Source of the DNA: a virus
Lineage: Duplodnaviria; Caudoviricetes
Reading direction: 5' to 3' (one strand)
Virus record (IMG/VR): IMGVR_UViG_3300036857_000084
Coordinates: 1 to 56,265 of that record
DNA length: 56,265 bases
Of the stretch, positions 26,476 through 34,584 are shown piece after piece. The translations under genes and the position numbers were made by a program. The notes beneath the pieces are model-generated. The model was not told the DNA's origin. It was given only the letters and a program-made list of their open reading frames with translations, and did not search any database. Position 1 is the first letter of the stretch. Every line of letters begins with the position of its first letter.

Positions 26476-27486
26476 GTGACCACTCTCGTACGAACATCTG
26501 AGCGCTCAGCGTTCAAAAGGTGCCGATGGGCATGGGACCTTTCTTTCGAACACCGCTTGCGTCAGCGGCGCGACGCCCCTGTTCTTAGGTTCGGGAGCCT
26601 GGTGCACGAGGCACTCGCGATGTACTATGTGAAGGGCCGGAAGCGCGGCATGCATCCAGCCAAGGCGTTCATGAAGGTCTACGACGCGGACGTCAAGGTA
26701 TCTGGAGAGTTCGCCGTGTTTGCGGAGACTGGGGAGTTTCTTGAGGGCGAGGAATGGGTTGACGCCCGTCAGCTTGGCATCGACATGCTAGAGATGTATG
26801 TCGAGCGTTATCGTGGGGATCGAGACTGGGAAGTCCTCGCGACAGAGCAGCCGTTCCAGGTGCCCGTCTATAACCCGCGCAACGGGCGCTACATGTTCAC
26901 GTATACAGGCATTCTCGACGTGATCATGAAGCAGCGCTCGACTAGCCGCATATACATCTGGGACCACAAGACTTGCCGGGCAATCGCAGATGTGCTCTTT
27001 GGGATGCCGCTCAACGATCAGTTTGGTTCCTACTGGACGTTTGGGAGCGAGTGGCTGAGGACTGAGGGCATTCTGCGACAGAGCCAGTTCAAGGATCTCA
27101 GCGGCCTGCTCGTCAACATGCTGCGACGCGCGAAGCGTGACGACCGTCCGCAGAACGCCGACGGTCACTATCTCAACAAGGACGGGACGGTCAGCAAGCG
27201 TCAACCGGCAGAGATGTTCCATCGCGAGCCGACGTACAGGTCGGAGCGCGACAAGGAAGAAGTGCGTCGTCGCGCACTGAATGACTTTCGCGAAATGGAA
27301 ATGGTCCGGCGCGGGGAGCTACCAGCAGACAAGAGTCCATCCTTGTGGCACTGTAAGGGGTGTCCTTGGCTCGACGTTTGTGAGCTTCACGAAACAGGCA
27401 ATGATTGGAAGCCGATGTTGGCAACAACCACGGAGGAGTGGGACCCTTACGCCCAGCACGAGATTGAGTACGACGAGAAACGGTGA
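26476..27486 (+). CDS. PD-(D/E)XK (Cas4/RecB-like) exonuclease
   Basis: RTSER..FKRC, FG..VHEAL, TE..F, GILD...WDHKT, C..CP...VC. Confidence 0.87.
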   Translation: MTTLVRTSERSAFKRCRWAWDLSFEHRLRQRRDAPVLRFGSLVHEALAMYYVKGRKRGMHPAKAFMKVYDADVKVSGEFAVFAETGEFLEGEEWVDARQLGIDMLEMYVERYRGDRDWEVLATEQPFQVPVYNPRNGRYMFTYTGILDVIMKQRSTSRIYIWDHKTCRAIADVLFGMPLNDQFGSYWTFGSEWLRTEGILRQSQFKDLSGLLVNMLRRAKRDDRPQNADGHYLNKDGTVSKRQPAEMFHREPTYRSERDKEEVRRRALNDFREMEMVRRGELPADKSPSLWHCKGCPWLDVCELHETGNDWKPMLATTTEEWDPYAQHEIEYDEKR

Positions 27487-27713
27487 TGGCGACAAACACA
27501 ATTGCGATGGTAGCGGCCTTGCTGGGATTGCTACTCGGCATGAGCGGATTCCTACTTGGGAAGCGGGCGCTCCGCAAGGCGAAGCAGTCAGATGAACTGG
27601 CGCGCAGGCAGTCCTTGCGTCCGTTCTTGAACGGGCACTCCTCCATTGGGAGTTGGAAGCGCGCCGCCGACGAGAGTCAGCAAGCGAGTGAGAGGAGGCG
27701 GCTGAATGGCTAA
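27483..27713 (+). CDS. Small membrane protein
   Basis: N-terminal TM helix; overlaps its neighbours. Confidence 0.55.
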   Translation: MMATNTIAMVAALLGLLLGMSGFLLGKRALRKAKQSDELARRQSLRPFLNGHSSIGSWKRAADESQQASERRRLNG

Positions 27714-28509
27714 GCCGAAAGAGATTCAACCCGTAATGACGCCGGTCAACAAGATCTGCTTCATGTTGTATGGTCCGCCGGGTAACGGCAAGACCAGACT
27801 GGTCGGGTCGAGTGGTCCCAAGACCCTGATCGTCAAACCGCCAACCGATCACACCGAGAGCATTCGTGTCGTCGGCGCGGAGAAGTGGGAGGTATATGAC
27901 TGGTCGGAGATGTACAACGTCCGCGAGTTCGCCAAGCACGAGGGCGCGAAGCATTACAACTGGATCTGGCTTGACTCGATCAGTCTGTTTCAGGACACCG
28001 GCCTCGACGACATCTGGGACGGCACCATTGCGCGCTATCCGCATCGGGCTGAGTATACGCTTGATAAACTGGAGTACGGCATCAATATGTGGCGGCTCCA
28101 GCAGTGGGTGCGGGACATGGTCAGTTTTCCTGGTTTCAATCTCGGCATTACGGCGCACCCTGCCGAGCTTCTCAATCCTGTGACGAACGAGACCAAGCTC
28201 CAGCCCTGGGTCCAAGGCAAGAACATGTCGACGAAGATCCAGGGCTACATGAACATCGTCGGCTACCTGGAGGTAGTCACGGACGACAAGGGCAAGAATC
28301 GACGTGTGCTTCGTACGCACGGGACTGAGCGCTACGAGGCCAAAGACCAGTTCGATGCGTTCGGCGAGGATGGCCGACTAGTCGATCCAACTATGCCCAA
28401 GATTGAGGAGGCCATCGAAGCGGCACGAGCAAGCAGACGTAACGGTACACGACCAAAGCGCGGCTCAGCCCGACGACGGCGAGTTCAGCGCGCAACAGCA
28501 AGGAGGTAG
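27706..28509 (+). CDS. AAA_24/Sak4-like ssDNA-annealing ATPase
   Basis: YGPPGNGKT Walker A, WLDSIS, TAH, IVGYL, AKD; lies between exonuclease and SSB. Confidence 0.85.
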   Translation: MAKPKEIQPVMTPVNKICFMLYGPPGNGKTRLVGSSGPKTLIVKPPTDHTESIRVVGAEKWEVYDWSEMYNVREFAKHEGAKHYNWIWLDSISLFQDTGLDDIWDGTIARYPHRAEYTLDKLEYGINMWRLQQWVRDMVSFPGFNLGITAHPAELLNPVTNETKLQPWVQGKNMSTKIQGYMNIVGYLEVVTDDKGKNRRVLRTHGTERYEAKDQFDAFGEDGRLVDPTMPKIEEAIEAARASRRNGTRPKRGSARRRRVQRATARR

Positions 28510-28515
28510 CCGGGC

Positions 28516-29652
28516 ATGGCCCGAGTGAAGTACGACGTTCGTGGTGTTGAGGCCGGTCAGCGCAAGGTCCCGTCGCCCAACGTCTATCAGGCGAAGATCA
28601 CCAGCGCGGACATCACCAAGCCCGAGGGCAAGGATGAGCGCATCGAGCTAGTGGTCGAAGTCATCAACGACTCTGACTTCAATGGCGCGAAGCTGTACGA
28701 GTACGTGAACCTGGAGTCGGACTCAGCCGCATGGAAGCTGCGGGAGCTTCTGGAGGCGGCTGGTGTCGTAGGTGAGCGCAAGTCATCGGAGTCGGGGACA
28801 CTCGACACCGACAAGGACCTGGTCGGCAAGATCATCGGCATCAAGACGTTCATCCGTCCGGCCGATGACGCGCGAGGGTTCGACGAGCAGGCCCGTATCC
28901 GTCGCATGTTCCCGGCAGATGGTGCCGCCGGGAGCGGCGAATCATTCGACGAGGAGGACACCGACGTGGCCGCAACCACTGAGGACGAGTACGACGACAT
29001 GCCGCTGGCGAAGCTCAAGGCGGAGTTGTCGGAGCGTGACCTGCCGACGCGCGGGTCCAAGAAGGCCCTGATCGAGCGGCTGCGCGAGAGCGATGCCGAG
29101 GAGCAGGAGGACGAGGAGCCTGAGGACGAGGACGGCGAGGAGTACACGTGGGAGGACGTGGCCGAACTCGACAAGGCTGAGCTGAAGCAGCTCATCACGG
29201 ACGAGGAACTCGGCATCAAGGTGCTCCGTTCCACGGACGTGGACGAACTCCGTCTGGAGGTGGCGGAGGCGCTGGAAATCGAGGACATCCCCGAGGATGA
29301 GTCTGAGGAGGATGAGGAGCCCGAGGACGAGGGTGACTACTCCTGGGACGACATCAACGGCCTCGACCGCAAGGGCCTGCGCGAGCTCATCAAGGAGGAA
29401 GAACTCGGCATCCGCGTGACGCCCAAGTCGGATCTGGACGCCATCAAAGCGAAGGTCGCAGAGGCCCTGGAAGTCGAGGTGCCGGCCGAGGACGAGGCTG
29501 GCGATGACGACGACCAGGACGACTACGAGGAGTGGTCGCTCGATGACCTGAAGGAAGAGCTGGGTCAGCGCAGCCTCTCCGTCAAGGGCACCAAGCGTGC
29601 GCTCGTCGCGCGTCTGCGCAAGGACGACGCCGAGGAGGACAAGCCCTTCTAG
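28516..29652 (+). CDS. SSB-like (DUF669-type) protein with SAP/helical repeats and acidic linkers
   Basis: YQAKI...AAWKLRELL...DLVGK OB-like region; LKAELSERDLPTRGSKKALIERL and LKEELGQRSLSVKGTKRALVARL SAP motifs; ends ...DKPF. Confidence 0.75.
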   Translation: MARVKYDVRGVEAGQRKVPSPNVYQAKITSADITKPEGKDERIELVVEVINDSDFNGAKLYEYVNLESDSAAWKLRELLEAAGVVGERKSSESGTLDTDKDLVGKIIGIKTFIRPADDARGFDEQARIRRMFPADGAAGSGESFDEEDTDVAATTEDEYDDMPLAKLKAELSERDLPTRGSKKALIERLRESDAEEQEDEEPEDEDGEEYTWEDVAELDKAELKQLITDEELGIKVLRSTDVDELRLEVAEALEIEDIPEDESEEDEEPEDEGDYSWDDINGLDRKGLRELIKEEELGIRVTPKSDLDAIKAKVAEALEVEVPAEDEAGDDDDQDDYEEWSLDDLKEELGQRSLSVKGTKRALVARLRKDDAEEDKPF

Positions 29653-29664
29653 GGCCTCAACAAA

Positions 29665-29885
29665 CTTGGAGAGGACGGCGTAGGCTAAGGACAGTTAGGC
29701 GATAAGCCATGTTGGTGCCGGAACGTCAGCCAGACGTGGAACGCAGTCCGGTAAATGGCCCGAGCGGCAGCCATAGGCATGGTGAAATGAGTGAGCGGAG
29801 CGTAACGCCGGGCCGCTTGTGGGGTGGGCTTGGCCGGTACTACGCCGGTCCCAGCACCCGGGAATCCTTGGTCAGTCTCTCCAAG
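29665..29885 (+). ncRNA. Putative structured non-coding RNA (~220 nt), family unknown
   Basis: At least 8 nested helices closed by CTTGGAGAG/CTCTCCAAG; several G-U pairs; occupies a 255-bp intergenic gap. Confidence 0.6.
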
Positions 29886-29907
29886 ACTACTTGCGGGGGC
29901 AAGCACT

Positions 29908-32619
29908 ATGGCCGCTAGCGCCAGGCAACTGTTGGAACCCTACCTGGCGGGCGCCGAGCGTCCGAATGGAGATGTAGACATGGTCTGCCCGCTCCATGAC
30001 GATGCTCGGCGTTCGGCCGTGGTGAACTTCAAGACGCGCGAATGGAACTGCTTCGCCAGCTGCGGTGGCGGAACACTCGACCTACTCCTCAAGCAGCGCA
30101 GCGAATGGCTGCCGCCCGACCGCGAGCCGGGATCATCTAGTCAGAATGGCGACAAGCGACCATTTCCTGATTCGGCCCGAATGGATGGGTGGCAGTCTGC
30201 GTTGCTAGGCAACAGCGATCTTCTGGAGTGGCTCGAAGTCCGCCGTGGGCTGAATACAGATACGATTCAACGACATGGGATTGGTTGGAACGGTCAACGT
30301 TTCACAATCCCTGTCTACGATGAAACAGGCAAGCTCGTCAACATCAGGCAGTACTCGCACACACTTGACCCCAAGATGAAGAATTGGCCGGGATGGGGCA
30401 GCCCTCCGCGCCTGTATCCAATCGGGGTGTTCCTCGACGATCCAAAGGAGGTGATGATCTGCGAAGGTGAACTTGATGCGCTGATTTGCAACCAGCAAGG
30501 ACTCCCAGCGGTAACTGGCACGTCGGGAGCTAAGAGCACGGGGCGATGGCGCGAGAATTGGTCCGACTGGTTCAAGGGCTTGACTGTCTATGTGTGCTTC
30601 GACCGCGACGCGGATGGGCGACGCGCGACACGCAGGATCGTAGACAAATTGACCAACGTCGCAGGCAAGCTTCTGGTCATTGATCTGCCGTATCCGATGG
30701 GATCGCGGAAGGATCTGACCGACTACTTCATCGACGGCGGCACGGTCTCAAAGCTCAAGAAACTGGCGAAGCCGATCAGTGAAGTCAAGGATGAACTTCT
30801 CTACACCCCGGCGGACTATGAGGAACTCCGGTCGGGCAACATGGAAGGGAAGTCAGTCGAGGTGGTTGGGACTCTTGCCTCAATCTTCTCAACGCAAATC
30901 CTGCTCCCTCAACGGTTGGAAGCGCGGTGTAATTATGACTGGGACCCCAAGCGGTGTGCCGTATGCCCAGTGGGTCAGAGAGGTGGAGATCTCAAGCTCC
31001 CGATTGGGGATTCCCATGAGCTCCATCTTGAACTCCTTGGCGCAAGCGGATCTGTTGAAAAGCGGAATCAGCTGTTCAAGCGCGCTACAGGCGCTCCGCA
31101 CAACTGCCCCAAGGTCGTTGTCACCCCGACCTATCACTCGGCCTGGGACTGTGAGATCAGAAACGGAAGCAACCTTGCCGAAGAAGCATACCCGGTGGTT
31201 CTCAGGCATGAGGGTAAGCCTCCGGGTCTCAATCAGGCGTACAGATTTCGCGGCAGGCTTCGGGTTTCGCCACGTGGTCAACGGGCCATCTTCATGGCGA
31301 CCGAGTGTGAGCCTGCGGTTCAAGACCTTGACTCCTTCAGCCCGACGGCTGATGACGTCCAGAGGGCACAAGCGTGGGCGGCGCGTTTTCACGGATCACC
31401 AGATGAACGTCTTGAGCAGATTTCGGAACAACTCGAATACCATGTGACGGAAATCTATGGACAACGACTCCTACACATGGCAACAGATCTGGTCTATCAT
31501 TCAGTGCTACATTTCCGGTTTGGGGGAAGTGTCGTCACTCGTGGCTGGATGGAGCTACTCGCCGTCGGAGAAACACGTAGTGGTAAATCTACGACTGCCG
31601 CCAAACTGCTCGATCTGTACGAACGAGGTCACTACCAGTCCTCTGAGAACGCATCCGTCGCAGGACTCCTGTTCGGAGTGGACAAGCGCCTCGGCTCAGG
31701 TCGCGAAACCTGGGGAGGATCAGTTGGTGTTCTTCCACTCAATAACCGTGGACTCGTCGCGCTCGATGAGGCACAAGGACTACGTACAGAACAGATTGCG
31801 CAGATGTCTGATATGCGCTCGCGCGGTGTGGTCCAGATCAGCAAGATCCGTGCGGCTGAGGTTCAAGCGCAAGTTCGGTTGATGTGGCTTGCTAATGGCC
31901 GTAAGTCGCGTTATGCCAATGGGATTGACGCGCTCCGCGATCAGATGGGACAGGCCGAGGATCTGGCTAGAGTAGACATTCCGCTCTACATCAAGGGCAA
32001 TGTCGGGAGAGAGCTAGACAAGGCACAAAAGACATATGGAGGACTGGATGAAGAATCGAAGGCAGTCCTGCAGTGGCTCGTCCTCTGGGCGTGGTCACGC
32101 AGGGCAGATGACGTCAGATGGACCCGCCCGGCGCGGACAGCAGTGTGGAAGCACAGTAAGGCTCTTAGTGATCAGTTCACAACTACAATCCCCATCTTCC
32201 AGCCGAACGAAGCGGGGGTCAGGCTTGCTCGGATGGCTGTGGCTCTTGCTGCTCGCCTGTTTTCTACGAAAGACGGGCATCGTCTGATCATCAAGTCAGA
32301 GCACATCGAGGCTGCCCGCAGACTGTACGAGCGGTTCCTGGGAGCGCGCGAGCTAGGGCTGATCGAGATCAAGAAGCAGGAGATCCTGGTTGAGAACGCA
32401 GAGGAGGATCACGGACCTGAACTAAAGGAATTTCTCCAAACCGTCCCCCTCAACGTACGCCAGCAATTGGCGATGGGAGAGTTGCCTCTTTTTGGTTTCG
32501 GTGCCGTAGATGCAGGGGGTATCTACATCACGAAACTTAGCGGCATGCATGCAGTGACGGTCGATAACGCCAAGTACAATGTGGCCCCGTGGGCCATGGA
32601 GATTGCGCGGAGCATATGA
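29908..32619 (+). CDS. Primase (Zn finger + TOPRIM) fused to MCM-like helicase
   Basis: CPLHDD...C...C; ICEGELDAL, FDRDADG; second Cys cluster; GETRSGKST, ALDE. Confidence 0.87.
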   Translation: MAASARQLLEPYLAGAERPNGDVDMVCPLHDDARRSAVVNFKTREWNCFASCGGGTLDLLLKQRSEWLPPDREPGSSSQNGDKRPFPDSARMDGWQSALLGNSDLLEWLEVRRGLNTDTIQRHGIGWNGQRFTIPVYDETGKLVNIRQYSHTLDPKMKNWPGWGSPPRLYPIGVFLDDPKEVMICEGELDALICNQQGLPAVTGTSGAKSTGRWRENWSDWFKGLTVYVCFDRDADGRRATRRIVDKLTNVAGKLLVIDLPYPMGSRKDLTDYFIDGGTVSKLKKLAKPISEVKDELLYTPADYEELRSGNMEGKSVEVVGTLASIFSTQILLPQRLEARCNYDWDPKRCAVCPVGQRGGDLKLPIGDSHELHLELLGASGSVEKRNQLFKRATGAPHNCPKVVVTPTYHSAWDCEIRNGSNLAEEAYPVVLRHEGKPPGLNQAYRFRGRLRVSPRGQRAIFMATECEPAVQDLDSFSPTADDVQRAQAWAARFHGSPDERLEQISEQLEYHVTEIYGQRLLHMATDLVYHSVLHFRFGGSVVTRGWMELLAVGETRSGKSTTAAKLLDLYERGHYQSSENASVAGLLFGVDKRLGSGRETWGGSVGVLPLNNRGLVALDEAQGLRTEQIAQMSDMRSRGVVQISKIRAAEVQAQVRLMWLANGRKSRYANGIDALRDQMGQAEDLARVDIPLYIKGNVGRELDKAQKTYGGLDEESKAVLQWLVLWAWSRRADDVRWTRPARTAVWKHSKALSDQFTTTIPIFQPNEAGVRLARMAVALAARLFSTKDGHRLIIKSEHIEAARRLYERFLGARELGLIEIKKQEILVENAEEDHGPELKEFLQTVPLNVRQQLAMGELPLFGFGAVDAGGIYITKLSGMHAVTVDNAKYNVAPWAMEIARSI

Positions 32620-33389
32620 AGAACAGGCGAGTAGTGATCTTGGGATGTGGTCCGGCGGGACTGATGGCGGCGTACGCGGCCGAGACCAACTCCTGTGAAG
32701 TGCATATCTTCTCCAGGAAGGAGAAGTCGATCATCCACGGAGCGCAATATCTCCACAAGCCGATCCCAGGGCTCAGCCCGAGGTACGCACCCGTGGAGTA
32801 CAGGAAGTACGGCAGCGCCGACGGCTACGCACGCAAGGTCTATGGCGATCCGATGCATGCGACAAGCTGGTCGAAGTTCGAGGTTGGGATTCACGACGCC
32901 TGGAACATGCAGGATGCCTATGACGAGTTGTGGGCGATGTTCGAGGATCGCATCATCGACTGCGACGTGACGCCTCTGGTCTTGCGCTACTTCGAGCGCT
33001 CAGGAATCGACCTGCTGATATCCTCAATCCCGGCTCCCATACTCTGCGAAGACGGTCACAACTTCGAGTCGGCGCCAATGTGGGTAATGGCGGATACGGG
33101 CGGAGCACTAGCGGACGAGGGCACGCCCAACATCGTTGTCTACAACGGTGATCCTGAGTATCCATGGTACAGGTCCTCGTGCCTCTGGCGGCATGAGTTC
33201 CTGGAGTTCGGGGCTGAAGGCAGGCGCGACTTCCCAGAGAACATGCTCCGCGTCGGACACAAGCCAGTATCCCACAACTGCGACTGCCACCCTGAGTGGA
33301 TGCGAGTCGGTCGATTCGGCAAGTGGAAGCCGGGTGTTCTTGCACACAGCGCGTACCAGGAGGTTGAAATTGCGTTGCACAGCATGTAG
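32616..33389 (+). CDS. FAD-dependent oxidoreductase (UDP-galactopyranose mutase-like fold)
   Basis: VVILGCGPAGL Rossmann motif, HGAQYLH, ISSIP, GRFGKW. Confidence 0.78.
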   Translation: MKNRRVVILGCGPAGLMAAYAAETNSCEVHIFSRKEKSIIHGAQYLHKPIPGLSPRYAPVEYRKYGSADGYARKVYGDPMHATSWSKFEVGIHDAWNMQDAYDELWAMFEDRIIDCDVTPLVLRYFERSGIDLLISSIPAPILCEDGHNFESAPMWVMADTGGALADEGTPNIVVYNGDPEYPWYRSSCLWRHEFLEFGAEGRRDFPENMLRVGHKPVSHNCDCHPEWMRVGRFGKWKPGVLAHSAYQEVEIALHSM

Positions 33390-34068
33390 CGAGCCGATCC
33401 AGCCCATCGTGTCGATAGACATTGACGGGACGCTCGGCGACTATCACCGGCACTTCCTGAACTTCGCCTCGGCGTACATGGGCCTACGAAAGCAGGACTG
33501 GATTCAGCCCGAGGAGTACAACGGCGTGCGCGGGTTCAAGGACTGGTTCCTCGACCGGACGGAGCAGCCTGCTGACGTCTGGTACGACATCAAGCTCGCC
33601 TACCGGCAAGGAGCACAGAAGCGGAGCATGCCGGTTCGACCGTGGGCGGCCGGACTGACCAGGCAGGTGAAAGCACTCGGGGCTGAGCTGTGGCTTTGTA
33701 CTACTCGGCCATATCTCCGGCTCGACGGCATTGATCCAGACACGCGCTTCTGGTTGGCGCACCACGGGATCGTCTACGATCATCTTCTCTACGACGAGCA
33801 CAAGTACATGGAGCTAGCGCGGCGCATTGATCCAGAGCGCGTCTGCGCCATTCTCGATGATCTGCCAGAGGATCTGATCGAGGCCGGAAACATCTTCGGA
33901 AGGATGGTGTGCATACTGATCCGAGCGAGTCACAATGTCAAGGCAATCGACATGGACTTGCCCTTCGAGGACGTTCACGAGGGCATCTCCGCATACAACA
34001 AGATCAAGGAGCGTGTGGATGGCTGGTTCGCAGCACACGAGGAGCATGGCACTCCCGTCAGATCCTGA
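33370..34068 (+). CDS. HAD-superfamily nucleotidase/phosphatase
   Basis: DIDGT motif I, TTRP motif II, K, LDD motif IV; AGGAGG RBS before TTG. Confidence 0.82.
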   Translation: MRCTACSEPIQPIVSIDIDGTLGDYHRHFLNFASAYMGLRKQDWIQPEEYNGVRGFKDWFLDRTEQPADVWYDIKLAYRQGAQKRSMPVRPWAAGLTRQVKALGAELWLCTTRPYLRLDGIDPDTRFWLAHHGIVYDHLLYDEHKYMELARRIDPERVCAILDDLPEDLIEAGNIFGRMVCILIRASHNVKAIDMDLPFEDVHEGISAYNKIKERVDGWFAAHEEHGTPVRS

Positions 34069-34351
34069 TGATCCATTCTCCGCAGTGTTGGACCAGGTGA
34101 TGGAGAAGTACCAGGATCGCTCTGCCGAGTATCCCAAGGACGATCCCTGGGGCAACGGCGGCTACCGGGCACAGCTCGTGGAGATGCGCAAGAAGCTGGA
34201 TCGGCTCTGGGTCTACTTCAGCGCCGACCCGGACGCAGGTCACCCTCTGAAGCCAGAGGACGATGGGATCGACTTGATTGCGTACTGCGTGTTCTTCTTG
34301 ATCCTGTTCCGTCGAGGCGACCGCGATGGGAGCTGGCCTTGGCCGACGTGA
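34046..34351 (+). CDS. Nucleotide-modification-associated (Nmad1/DUF1599-like) helical protein
   Basis: Y...W...G....V.M..K.DRL...ED...DL..Y pattern. Confidence 0.62.
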   Translation: MALPSDPDDPFSAVLDQVMEKYQDRSAEYPKDDPWGNGGYRAQLVEMRKKLDRLWVYFSADPDAGHPLKPEDDGIDLIAYCVFFLILFRRGDRDGSWPWPT

Positions 34352-34584
34352 TCCGCTTCGAGGATGAGACTCCTGACGGCGTTCCCTGCCGGCATTGTGG
34401 TAAGCCGATCTTCTGGGATGAGATCTGCTGGATTCACGACACCGGCTTCGCTGACTGCGGACTGGTAGTTAGCGGAGGCAAGGAGTATTCGGTCAACGAT
34501 CTGAGTTTGCTGACCGATCCGGATCTGGCCGTTCAAGGACCGCATGCGGGCAAGCGAGCAGAACCAGTGGGGGATTGGAAGTAA
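34339..34584 (+). CDS. Small Zn-binding protein
   Basis: CRHC...W.H.....C. Confidence 0.55.
   Translation: MADVIRFEDETPDGVPCRHCGKPIFWDEICWIHDTGFADCGLVVSGGKEYSVNDLSLLTDPDLAVQGPHAGKRAEPVGDWK

Noticed and set aside
26476-27486. CRISPR-associated cas4
   Set aside because: Context (Sak4-like ATPase, SSB) indicates a phage recombination nuclease
27319-29288. Long minus-strand ORFs (e.g. 27319-28320, 28587-29288) and similar ones genome-wide
   Set aside because: Antisense shadows of high-GC3 plus-strand genes, with no motifs or RBS
29665-29885. Identification as raiA motif, tmRNA, RNase P or group I intron
   Set aside because: Only short words match; the diagnostic conserved sequences were not found, so it is left as an unknown family
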